A stretch of DNA of 32,000 nucleotides from NCBI RefSeq assembly GCF_000283555.1, contig NC_016012.1, forward strand, positions 1,385,080 to 1,417,079, given 5' to 3'. The notes beneath the pieces are model-generated. The model did not search any database. It was not told the DNA's origin and saw only the letters and a list, made by a program, of their open reading frames with translations. The position numbers and the translations under genes are program-made. Shown one piece after another: positions 21,415-29,515 of the stretch; the first letter of the stretch is position 1; every line of letters begins with the position of its first letter. The DNA is from Candidatus Arthromitus sp. SFB-rat-Yit. GTDB taxonomy: Bacteria; Bacillota; Clostridia; Clostridiales; Clostridiaceae.

Positions 21415-22101
21415 TTAAATTATTTTTGAAATATTTATCTTTACTGCAGGACTCATAGTACTGCAAACTGAAACACTTTTTATGTACTGACCTTTCGATG
21501 AAGCAGGTTTAGATTTTATTATAGCTGACATTATAGTATTAAAATTTTCTAATAATGATTCAATAGAAAATGTTTTTTTGCCAATTCCAACATGAATTAT
21601 AGCAGTCTTATCTATTCTATACTCAACTTTACCAGATTTTATTTCTGAAACAGTTTTGCTTATATCAAGGGTAACTGTTCCTGATTTAGGGTTAGGCATC
21701 AAACCTTTTGGTCCTAACAATTTTCCAATTCTTCCAACAACACCCATCATATCTGGAGTAGCAACTATTATATCAAAGTCAAACCAATTCTCATTTTGTA
21801 TTTTATTTATTAATTCTTGATCTCCAACATAATCAGCTCCAGAATCAATAGCTTCTTTAGCTTTATCACCTTTAGCAAATACCAATATTTTCACATTCTT
21901 CCCTGTTCCATTTGGTAATAATACAGTCCCTCTAACCTGTTGATCTGCATGCCTTGGATCAACACCCAACTTTACATGCAACTCTATAGTCTCATCAAAT
22001 TTAGCCTTAGCTACCTTAGATATAATTTCAAAAGCTTCTCTAGGGTTATAAAAATTATTTTTATCAATTAGCTTCATGCTTTCTAAATAATTCTTACTCA
22101 T
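21415..22101 (-). CDS. rplA: 50S ribosomal protein L1 (uL1)
   Basis: 228 aa, ...[35 protein letters not shown] is the L1 signature. Confidence 0.97.
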   Translation of the reverse strand: MSKNYLESMKLIDKNNFYNPREAFEIISKVAKAKFDETIELHVKLGVDPRHADQQVRGTVLLPNGTGKNVKILVFAKGDKAKEAIDSGADYVGDQELINKIQNENWFDFDIIVATPDMMGVVGRIGKLLGPKGLMPNPKSGTVTLDISKTVSEIKSGKVEYRIDKTAIIHVGIGKKTFSIESLLENFNTIMSAIIKSKPASSKGQYIKSVSVCSTMSPAVKINISKII

Positions 22102-22121
22102 TCAAATTCACCTCCCAATAA

Positions 22122-22550
22122 CTATTTATTTTCTATTTCTATGCCCATACTCCTAGCAGTTCCACATATCATATTCATAGCAGAATCAATATCCGCAGCA
22201 TTCAAATCATTAAATTTCAACTCAGCAATTTCTTTAACTTTATCCATTCCAATTTTACCAACTTTAACTTTATTAGACTCCGAAGACCCTTTTTCAATAC
22301 CAACAGCCTTCATAAGTAATACGGCAGCTGGTGGAGTTTTCATTATAAAGCTAAATGATTTATCTTGATACACAGAAATAACTACCGGTATTATTAAACC
22401 AGCTTTATCTGCAGTCTTAGCATTAAACTCTTTACAGAATGCCATTATATTAACACCATGTTGACCTAGTGCAGGACCAACTGGTGGTGCTGGGGTTGCT
22501 TTACCTGCAGGTAATTGTAACTTTATCATACCCACTATTTTTTTAGCCAT
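22122..22550 (-). CDS. rplK: 50S ribosomal protein L11 (uL11)
   Basis: [43 protein letters not shown] is canonical L11. 142 aa. Confidence 0.97.
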   Translation of the reverse strand: MAKKIVGMIKLQLPAGKATPAPPVGPALGQHGVNIMAFCKEFNAKTADKAGLIIPVVISVYQDKSFSFIMKTPPAAVLLMKAVGIEKGSSESNKVKVGKIGMDKVKEIAELKFNDLNAADIDSAMNMICGTARSMGIEIENK

Positions 22551-22576
22551 GATTTATACCTCCTACAATTTTTATT

Positions 22577-23101
22577 TTATGATTTATCCAATTTACAAAA
22601 ATCTATTTCTATAATATTACTACCTATAACATCTATACTGGCTTTTATTTTTTTTTCATTATAATTTACTTCTCTTATTATAACACTCTGACCTTTCAAA
22701 ATTCCAGACTTTATCTTAACACTATTTCCTACTTTGTATAAACTATATCGATTTCCATCAGTATATGATTCTATAAATCTTACTTCTTCTTGATCTAACG
22801 GAACAGCTTCTTTCCCCGTAGGTCCAACAAATCCTGTGACTCCCCTTATATTACGCACCCTATACCACATTTCATCACTCATAGTCATTTTTACAAAAAC
22901 ATATCCTGGATAAACCTTTTTAGAAATCTTTTTAATTTTTCCGGAATTATTCTCTATAGTTTCATGTATTGGTACAACTATTTCTAGTATATACTCATGC
23001 AAACTATTGCTCTCAATTAACTTTTCCAAACTATTTTTAACTTTATTCTCATATCCTGAATAAGTATGTAAAACGTACCAATTATATGACATATCACCCA
23101 T
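22577..23101 (-). CDS. nusG: Transcription termination/antitermination factor NusG
   Basis: 174 aa, ...WYVLHTYSGYENKVKNSLE...PGYVFVKM is an NGN domain, followed by a C-terminal KOW-like region. Synteny is secE-nusG-rplK. Confidence 0.94.
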   Translation of the reverse strand: MGDMSYNWYVLHTYSGYENKVKNSLEKLIESNSLHEYILEIVVPIHETIENNSGKIKKISKKVYPGYVFVKMTMSDEMWYRVRNIRGVTGFVGPTGKEAVPLDQEEVRFIESYTDGNRYSLYKVGNSVKIKSGILKGQSVIIREVNYNEKKIKASIDVIGSNIIEIDFCKLDKS

Positions 23102-23122
23102 AGATAATCTCCCTAAAATTTA

Positions 23123-23326
23123 TTATCTAAATAACAAATTAAAAACTTGCTTTAATATCCAATCAAAAAAACCTATATAAATTATATATAAAAAAACAAA
23201 TATCAAAACAATTCCGCTAGTACTTTTAAATTCTTCAGATTTAGGCCAAGTAATATTTTTAAATTCCTTAAAAACTCCGTAGAACAAATTTTCTTTTTTA
23301 TCACTTTTGTTTTTTACATTACCCAA
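23123..23326 (-). CDS. secE: Preprotein translocase subunit SecE
   Basis: 67 aa, with a basic N-terminus, the ...EFKNITWPKSEE motif and a single C-terminal TM helix (IVLIFVFLYIIYIGFFDWIL). TTG start, 8 nt after GAGGAG. Synteny is rpmG-secE-nusG. Confidence 0.88.
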   Translation of the reverse strand: MGNVKNKSDKKENLFYGVFKEFKNITWPKSEEFKSTSGIVLIFVFLYIIYIGFFDWILKQVFNLLFR

Positions 23327-23345
23327 CTAAAGCTCTCCTCAAATA

Positions 23346-23495
23346 CTATTTTGTTTCCTTGTGTGATACATGTTCTTTGCAAAATTTACAATACTTTTTC
23401 AATTCTACTCTATCAGGATTATTTTTTTTGTTTTTAACTGTAGTATAATTCCGTTGCCTACATGTAACACAAGCCAATGTTATATTAATCCTCAT
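23346..23495 (-). CDS. rpmG: 50S ribosomal protein L33 (bL33), zinc-ribbon (Cys-containing) form
   Basis: Not in the ORF track. Own reverse-strand translation from the ATG at 23495..23493 to the TAG at 23348..23346 gives [49 protein letters not shown] (49 aa). The SD GGGGGTG lies 8 nt upstream. Confidence 0.92.
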   Translation of the reverse strand: MRINITLACVTCRQRNYTTVKNKKNNPDRVELKKYCKFCKEHVSHKETK

Positions 23496-23528
23496 TAAAT
23501 ACGCACCCCCAAACTTTAACTATACCTT

Positions 23529-23557
23529 AAAATATCATATAAAAATTTATTTGTCAA
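23529..23557 (-). promoter_or_regulatory. Candidate sigma-A promoter for rpmG-secE-nusG (TTGACA - 17 nt - TATTTT, TGn extended -10)
   Basis: The reverse strand reads TTGACA (23557..23552), the 17-nt spacer aataaatttttatatga, then TATTTT (23534..23529). It lies about 35 nt upstream of rpmG. Confidence 0.45.
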
Positions 23558-23560
23558 TAA

Positions 23561-23590
23561 GATCGTAAGCATCCTAATACACTCACGATC
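23561..23590 (-). terminator. Hairpin downstream of tuf copy 2 (possible terminator)
   Basis: A 9-bp stem (one G.U in the minus-strand RNA) pairs 23561..23569 with 23582..23590 around a 12-nt loop. It is followed by UUAUUGACAAAUAAAUUUUU, a weak U-tract. It is not homologous to the hairpin after copy 1. Confidence 0.35.
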
Positions 23591-24816
23591 TACACACAAA
23601 ACTATTTATTTATTTTAGAAACAACTCCAGATCCTACCGTTCTTCCACCTTCTCTTATAGCAAATCTTAATCCTTCATCCATTGCTATAGGAGTTATTAA
23701 CTCAACTTCCATATCTATGTGGTCACCTGGCATTACCATCTCTTTTCCTTCTGGTAATTTTATATTCCCTGTAACATCTGTTGTTCTAAAATAAAATTGA
23801 GGTCTATATCCATCAAAGAAAGGCTTATGTCTCCCACCTTCTTCTTTCTTAAGAACATACACCTGCCCTATGAAATTAGTATGTGGGTTCACTGTTCCAG
23901 GTTTCGCTAATACCTGACCTCTTTCTATATCAGATCTCTGAATACCCCTTAATAAGGCTCCTATATTATCTCCTGCCTGTGCTTCATCTAATAATTTCCT
24001 AAACATTTCTATACCAGTAATTACTGTCTTGCTCTTCTCTTCTTTTAATCCAATTATTTCTACCTCTTCTTGTACTTTTAATATTCCTGTTTCTACTCTT
24101 CCTGTTGCTACTGTTCCTCTTCCTGTTATAGTAAATACATCCTCAACTGGCATCAAAAACGGCTTATCTGTAGCTCTCTCAGGTGTAGGAATATAACTGT
24201 CCACCGCATCCATTAATTCCATTATACAAGCCGTAGCTTCAGAGTCAGTAGGATTCTCCAAAGCTCTCAACGCTGATCCCTTTATAATCGGTGTGTCATC
24301 TCCTGGGAATTTATACTCGTTTAATAAATCTCTTACTTCCATCTCTACTAATTCTAATAACTCTTCGTCATCAACCATGTCTGCTTTATTCAAAAATACA
24401 ACTATATAATCAACTCCTACCCTAGAAGCTAATAATATGTGCTCTCTAGTTTGTGGCATAGGTCCATCAGCTGCAGATACAACCAATATAGCTCCATCCA
24501 TTTGCGCTGCTCCTGTTATCATGTTCTTAACGTAATCAGCGTGTCCAGGACAGTCAACATGCGCATAATGTCTTCCATCTGTTTCATACTCAACGTGTGC
24601 TGTATTTATTGTTATTCCTCTCTCTTTTTCTTCAGGCGCTTTATCTATTTCATCATATTTAAACGCTTCTGCATACCCTTTATTTGCTAAAACTGTTGTA
24701 ATAGCTGCTGTCAATGTAGTCTTCCCATGGTCAACATGTCCTATAGTACCTATATTAACATGTGGTTTATTCCTCTCAAATTTAGCTTTTGACATATCTA
24801 TCAAATACCTCCTATT
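23590..24816 (-). repeat. Copy 2 of the 1,227-bp perfect direct repeat (tuf plus short flanks)
   Basis: Base-for-base identical to 8352..9578 by manual comparison of every line. Confidence 0.97.
23602..24795 (-). CDS. tuf: Elongation factor Tu, copy 2 (stand-alone gene between sigH and rpmG)
   Basis: The 397-aa product is identical to copy 1, with the same SD and ATG context. Confidence 0.97.
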   Translation of the reverse strand: MSKAKFERNKPHVNIGTIGHVDHGKTTLTAAITTVLANKGYAEAFKYDEIDKAPEEKERGITINTAHVEYETDGRHYAHVDCPGHADYVKNMITGAAQMDGAILVVSAADGPMPQTREHILLASRVGVDYIVVFLNKADMVDDEELLELVEMEVRDLLNEYKFPGDDTPIIKGSALRALENPTDSEATACIMELMDAVDSYIPTPERATDKPFLMPVEDVFTITGRGTVATGRVETGILKVQEEVEIIGLKEEKSKTVITGIEMFRKLLDEAQAGDNIGALLRGIQRSDIERGQVLAKPGTVNPHTNFIGQVYVLKKEEGGRHKPFFDGYRPQFYFRTTDVTGNIKLPEGKEMVMPGDHIDMEVELITPIAMDEGLRFAIREGGRTVGSGVVSKINK

Positions 24817-24850
24817 ATAAATTGCACGAATATTACTATGACTTGAGTAG

Positions 24851-24879
24851 ATTTTAATCTATTTGAAAATAAGTGTCAA
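24851..24879 (-). promoter_or_regulatory. Candidate strong sigma-A promoter for tuf copy 2 (TTGACA - 17 nt - TAAAAT)
   Basis: The reverse strand reads a consensus TTGACA (24879..24874), the 17-nt spacer cttattttcaaatagat, then TAAAAT (24856..24851). It lies in the unique 98-nt gap between the sigH stop and the repeat boundary. Confidence 0.55.
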
Positions 24880-24914
24880 CATAATTAATAATCAATACTA
24901 GATATATTCCTTAT

Positions 24915-25556
24915 TTAATCTTTCTTAAAACATTTCAATAATTTTCTTTTTATTCTTTGTATAGCATTATCTATAGATTTAGGTTGTCGATCTAACAAAT
25001 ATGCTATTTGTTGGTAACTTCTACCTATAATGTAATAATGTAATACTATCTTTTCATATCTAGATAAGTTTCTTAAAACATGCCTTTCTATCTCATTTAT
25101 TTGCTCTTTATCAACAAATAAATCTTCAGGATCAGATATTCTTAATGATTCTGTAATATCTAATAGTGTTTTATCTGATTCATCATCATAAATGGGTTTA
25201 TTTAAGGATATATATGTATTTAACGGTATATGTTTTTGTCTTGTAGCAGTTTTTATAGCTGTGATAATCTGCCTTGTTATACATAATTCGGCAAAACATT
25301 TAAAACTAGATAACTTATTACTATTATAATCTCTAATAGCTTTATATAATCCGATTAATCCCTCTTGATATATATCCTCCTTATCTGCTCCTATAAGGAA
25401 GTAAGATTTTGATTTTAACTGTATAAACTTTTTATATTTATTAATAAGTATTTCTATTGACTTACTATCGCCTTGTTTAGCTTTACTTAAAATAAACTCC
25501 TCTTCTATATCATAATTAGTATTCAAATCATCTATATCAAACGAGCTATTAATCAT
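24915..25556 (-). CDS. sigH: RNA polymerase sigma factor SigH (Spo0H family)
   Basis: 213 aa. ...DIYQEGLIGLYKAIRDYN...FKCFAELCITRQIITAIKTATRQKHIPLN closely matches my recollection of Bacillus SigH regions 2 and 3. Synteny is yacP-sigH upstream of rpmG-secE-nusG. Confidence 0.9.
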   Translation of the reverse strand: MINSSFDIDDLNTNYDIEEEFILSKAKQGDSKSIEILINKYKKFIQLKSKSYFLIGADKEDIYQEGLIGLYKAIRDYNSNKLSSFKCFAELCITRQIITAIKTATRQKHIPLNTYISLNKPIYDDESDKTLLDITESLRISDPEDLFVDKEQINEIERHVLRNLSRYEKIVLHYYIIGRSYQQIAYLLDRQPKSIDNAIQRIKRKLLKCFKKD

Positions 25557-25572
25557 TTATTCACTCCTTAAA

Positions 25573-26088
25573 TTACTTAATTCTTCTTATATTTTCTAAT
25601 TTCTGAACAATATCATCACTTAAATTATCAACAAATAAAAATCCAGAATTTTTATAATTGTTTTCATTTATTTCTTTATTTATTTTTTTATTAACTCTGT
25701 GCACATCATCATAAAACTCTAAACTGGACATTCTATAAGCACCTCTTTGAAAGATAATCTGTTGTTCCATAAAATCAGAAGTAACCACTATAATCTCAAC
25801 TTTTTTGGCAGTATTATGAACTATTTTTTCTATATATGTATCTGCAAATTCATCTTTATTAGTATATATTACACTTAAATTATCAGATATTTCTAATTTC
25901 CTTTCACCTGTAGAATTGGAATTATATGCATCAAATATCAAAAATATCTTATATCCATTAAATACTGCATAATTCTCGATCACGTTTATAAGCTTATCTC
26001 TTATTATATCAAAATCTAAATCTTTAATATTTTTGAAATTAGGCCATGAATTTATTACATTATATGCATCAACAAAAATAATTTTCAC
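25573..26088 (-). CDS. rae1: NYN-domain ribonuclease YacP/Rae1 family
   Basis: (M)KIIFVDAYNVINSW... resembles the YacP N-terminus. 171 aa from the GTG at 26088..26086, 4 nt after the rlmB TGA. The alternative ATG at 26124 would overlap rlmB by 32 nt. Conserved position between rlmB and sigH. Confidence 0.78.
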   Translation of the reverse strand: MKIIFVDAYNVINSWPNFKNIKDLDFDIIRDKLINVIENYAVFNGYKIFLIFDAYNSNSTGERKLEISDNLSVIYTNKDEFADTYIEKIVHNTAKKVEIIVVTSDFMEQQIIFQRGAYRMSSLEFYDDVHRVNKKINKEINENNYKNSGFLFVDNLSDDIVQKLENIRRIK

Positions 26089-26092
26089 TATA

Positions 26093-26833
26093 TCAATACC
26101 TACTTTGAATATTTTTAATCTCATACATTATAATACCTGCTGCTACAGAAACATTAAAAGAATCAATTTTACCATACATAGGAATTTTAACCTTAACATC
26201 ACAAAATGTTAGAAGCTCTTTATCCACACCCGTTTCCTCATTACCTATAATTAAAACTATCGGATATTTGTAATTTATATCACTTAAATTTATTTTAGTA
26301 TTTAAGCTTGTTGCAATAATTTTAAATCCTATATCCTTAAATTTTAATATGACATTTGGGATATTATTTGCTCTACATATATTCAGGTGCGCTACTGCTC
26401 CCATAGATGTTTTCCATACAGTATTATTTACATCACAACTTCTTTTTTGTGGTATAATTATATTTTTTATTCCCATAATTTCTGCAGTTCTTAATATAGA
26501 TCCTAAATTTCTAGGATCCTGTATACTATCCAAAATTAATACAATTTCATCACTTTCATTATCTACATTATTTATAATTTCATTTATTTTAAAATATTTG
26601 TATTCCGGTATTCTAACTGCAATCCCTTGATGCACCCCATAATTGCATAGTATATTCATATCATTACTATATATGCTTTTTATATTTATACATTTTTTCT
26701 TAGCATATTCTAAAATTTTTAAAACTTTATCCTGTTTTATATTCTTACTTATGTATATTTCTGATATTTCAAGATCACTATTTATAACTTCTTGCACTAC
26801 TTTTCTTCCATAAATAATGTTTTTTCTCCCCAA
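26093..26833 (-). CDS. rlmB: SpoU/TrmH-family 23S rRNA 2'-O-methyltransferase (RlmB/YacO-like)
   Basis: 246 aa. N-terminal substrate-binding-type domain (IYGRKVVQEVI...) plus SpoU motifs (LDSIQDPRNLGSILRTAE; LIIGNEETGV; SFNVSVAAGIIMYE). TTG start, 10 nt after AAGGAG. Synteny is mrnC-rlmB-yacP. Confidence 0.85.
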   Translation of the reverse strand: MGRKNIIYGRKVVQEVINSDLEISEIYISKNIKQDKVLKILEYAKKKCINIKSIYSNDMNILCNYGVHQGIAVRIPEYKYFKINEIINNVDNESDEIVLILDSIQDPRNLGSILRTAEIMGIKNIIIPQKRSCDVNNTVWKTSMGAVAHLNICRANNIPNVILKFKDIGFKIIATSLNTKINLSDINYKYPIVLIIGNEETGVDKELLTFCDVKVKIPMYGKIDSFNVSVAAGIIMYEIKNIQSRY

Positions 26834-26847
26834 AATAAATCTACTCC

Positions 26848-27261
26848 TTAAATTAGTTTAAATATCTCATCAAATATAAAGTCCAATCTTTTAAAATCCC
26901 CAACCATATATAAATATCCTACAATACTTTCTAGGCCAGTAGCCGTTTTATAATTCCCAACACTGCAATTCTTAGGAATAGTTCTGACTTTACTATTCCT
27001 ACCTCTTTTAAAATAATAGTTCTCCTCTTCTCCAAATAAATACTTTATTTTATAATATATATCATTTTGAAATTTAGCATTCACATACTTTATAACTTCT
27101 AAGTGTAATTTATTCGAATCTATATAACCAAACTTTCTTAACATATAATTTCTAAAATACATCTCATAAACACAATCGCCAATGTATGCTATACTTAATA
27201 TATTAAAACTTTTAATCCTTTTTTTATCATATGTATACAAATTAAACATACTCCAACTCAT
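26848..27261 (-). CDS. mrnC: Mini-ribonuclease 3 (Mini-III, YazC)
   Basis: 137 aa. SIAYIGDCVYEMYFRNYML is an RNase III-like catalytic motif. Position immediately after cysS, as in Bacillus. Confidence 0.82.
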   Translation of the reverse strand: MSWSMFNLYTYDKKRIKSFNILSIAYIGDCVYEMYFRNYMLRKFGYIDSNKLHLEVIKYVNAKFQNDIYYKIKYLFGEEENYYFKRGRNSKVRTIPKNCSVGNYKTATGLESIVGYLYMVGDFKRLDFIFDEIFKLI

Positions 27262-27289
27262 AGTTTCACCATGTAAAGATAAACATAAC

Positions 27290-28708
27290 TTATACTAATA
27301 CTATATATATTAAATTATTATTTATATCCTTAATTCTAGTTCCATCATTTATATCTTCTAATATGTAACCTCTTTTCACTAATTCGTCTCTTATTATATC
27401 CGCCTGATCAAATTGTTTTTTTTGTTTAAATTGCATTCTTTTTTTTACCATCTCTTTTACATCATTTTCTATTTCTTTAAATTCTTCAATTTCTTTATAA
27501 GTCAATCCAAAAATATCAAAAAAACTATCAAAAATTTTTATACTTTCGCTTAATTCCAAACTATTAAAATTTGTTATATATTTATTAACATACTTAACAA
27601 ATTCAAAAATAACCGATATTGCATCCGCAGTATTAAAATCATCATTCATTTTATCTATAAATGTACTATGATATTTTCTAATATCATCTAAACATTCATT
27701 CTTATTTACATTATCACATTCTTTAAAATTTATAAGATTAAAATATACTTTTTTTATTCTAGATAATGATTTATTAGCAGATTCCATGTATTCTTCATCA
27801 AATGAGATATTATTCCTATAATGAACTGATAATAAAAAAAATCTTATAACATCACCTGTATATCTATTTAAAATTTCTCTTATAGTAAAAAAATTTTCTA
27901 ATGATTTAGACATTTTTTCATTACCTACATTCAGAAAAGAACAATGCATCCAATAATTAGCCAATTTTTTATTTTCCAACACCTCAATTTGGGCTATTTC
28001 ATTTTCATGATGCGGAAATACTAAATCTATGCCACCACCGTGTATATCTATGGTATCACCATCAAAATATTTATATATCATAGAACAACATTCTGTATGC
28101 CATCCAGGTCTACCTATACCCCAAGGAGAATCATACCCTGGTTCATTTTCCTTATTTTTCTTCCATAATATAAAATCTAATGCATCCTTCTTATTTTTAT
28201 TTATTTTTATTCTGGATCCAGATTTTAATGTATTTATATCTTGTCCAAATAATTTCCCATAACTTCCAAATTCTCTAACAGAAAAATAAACATCTCCATC
28301 TATTTCATAAGCAAATCCACTATACATCAATTTTGATATTAAGTTAATCATATCCTCTATACAATCAGTAGCTCTAGGATTTTGAGTAGCTCTCTTTATA
28401 TTTAATCTATCAGAATCAACATAATATTCTTCTATGTATTTATTAGATATCTCACATATAGTTCTATTCTCTTTAATAGATTTATTTATTATCTTATCAT
28501 CTATATCAGTAAAATTCTGAATATAATTTACTGAATATCCATTGTATTCAAGATATCGTCTAACGCAATCAAAAAATATAAATGTTCTGGCGTTACCTAA
28601 ATGAAATAAATCATACACGGTTGGACCGCAAACATACATGTTTACAATTTCCTTATTAATTGGTTTAAATTCTTCCTTAATTCTAGTCAGCGTATTAAAT
28701 ATTTTCAT
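27290..28708 (-). CDS. cysS: Cysteine--tRNA ligase
   Basis: MKIFNTLTRIKEEFKP...MYVCGPTVYDLFHLGNARTF (HIGH-type) and ...KMSKSLENF (KMSKS). 472 aa from the ATG at 28708, 8 nt after AGGAG. The ORF-track start at 28753 would overlap ispD. Confidence 0.94.
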   Translation of the reverse strand: MKIFNTLTRIKEEFKPINKEIVNMYVCGPTVYDLFHLGNARTFIFFDCVRRYLEYNGYSVNYIQNFTDIDDKIINKSIKENRTICEISNKYIEEYYVDSDRLNIKRATQNPRATDCIEDMINLISKLMYSGFAYEIDGDVYFSVREFGSYGKLFGQDINTLKSGSRIKINKNKKDALDFILWKKNKENEPGYDSPWGIGRPGWHTECCSMIYKYFDGDTIDIHGGGIDLVFPHHENEIAQIEVLENKKLANYWMHCSFLNVGNEKMSKSLENFFTIREILNRYTGDVIRFFLLSVHYRNNISFDEEYMESANKSLSRIKKVYFNLINFKECDNVNKNECLDDIRKYHSTFIDKMNDDFNTADAISVIFEFVKYVNKYITNFNSLELSESIKIFDSFFDIFGLTYKEIEEFKEIENDVKEMVKKRMQFKQKKQFDQADIIRDELVKRGYILEDINDGTRIKDINNNLIYIVLV

Positions 28709-28724
28709 TTTAAATTCTCCTAAA

Positions 28725-29408
28725 CTAAAATAATCTTTGAATTGATTCTCCAATATAAATATCTTCTTTATTAGTGATTTTAATATTAAGTCTGTTTCCT
28801 AAATAAAAATATGTCTTTTCTCCAATTAAATCTAACGCGCTACTTTCATCAGTTACATTAATTCCATGTTTATTTATATAATTATAAGCACAAATCAATT
28901 TGCTTTTTTTAAAGCATTGGGGAGTTTGAATTATTAATAACTTTTCTCTTTTTAAGGTTTTAATTTCACTATCATTGTTAAATTTTATCGTATCATTTGG
29001 AGTTACATAACAAGATGAGGCACCATATTCATTGGCATACTTAACAGCATTACTTATACATTCATCACTTAAAAAAGGTCTAGCAGCATCATGTATTAAT
29101 ACATACTCACCATGAACTATATTTAATGCATTATAAACAGAATCTTGCCTATTTTCTCCTCCAATAACTATTTTTATTTTATCAATACCAGAAAACCACT
29201 TATTAAGTATATTTTTTTTACAATATTCTATATAAATATCTTCTAAAACTAAATATATATTATCTATATACTTATTATTTAAGATTTTATTTAAAGAATA
29301 ATATAATACAGGTTTATTATTAATTTCCATAAACTGTTTATTTATTTCAGAATTCATACGTCTCGATCTTCCAGCCGCTAAAAGTATACAATCTGAGTTT
29401 TTATACAT
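28725..29408 (-). CDS. ispD: 2-C-methyl-D-erythritol 4-phosphate cytidylyltransferase
   Basis: 227 aa. ...ILLAAGRSRRMNSEINKQFMEINNKPVL and ...VLIHDAARPF are typical IspD motifs. Confidence 0.88.
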   Translation of the reverse strand: MYKNSDCILLAAGRSRRMNSEINKQFMEINNKPVLYYSLNKILNNKYIDNIYLVLEDIYIEYCKKNILNKWFSGIDKIKIVIGGENRQDSVYNALNIVHGEYVLIHDAARPFLSDECISNAVKYANEYGASSCYVTPNDTIKFNNDSEIKTLKREKLLIIQTPQCFKKSKLICAYNYINKHGINVTDESSALDLIGEKTYFYLGNRLNIKITNKEDIYIGESIQRLF

Positions 29409-29441
29409 TTAACTAATCTCCAAAAGTTAATATTTAAATTT

Positions 29442-29470
29442 ATTATAATCATTTTTCCATAAATTAGCAA
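29442..29470 (-). promoter_or_regulatory. Candidate sigma-A promoter for ispD-cysS-mrnC-rlmB-yacP-sigH (TTGCTA - 17 nt - TATAAT)
   Basis: The reverse strand reads TTGCTA (29470..29465), a 17-nt spacer, then a perfect TATAAT (29447..29442). It lies about 33 nt upstream of the ispD ATG. Confidence 0.45.
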
Positions 29471-29491
29471 TTTTTTTATATAATAATTAAA

Positions 29492-29514
29492 GATATAGTT
29501 AAAATAACTATATC
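29492..29514 (-). terminator. AT-rich hairpin immediately after the clpC stop (possible weak terminator)
   Basis: A 10-bp perfect stem pairs gatatagtta with taactatatc around a 3-nt loop. The transcript continues UUUAAUUAUUAUAU. Only two G-C pairs, so stability is low. Confidence 0.35.
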
Positions 29515-29515
29515 C

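Noticed and set aside
28709-28724. T-box riboswitch upstream of cysS
   Set aside because: Only 16 nt separate ispD from cysS, so there is no room for a leader of roughly 200 nt.
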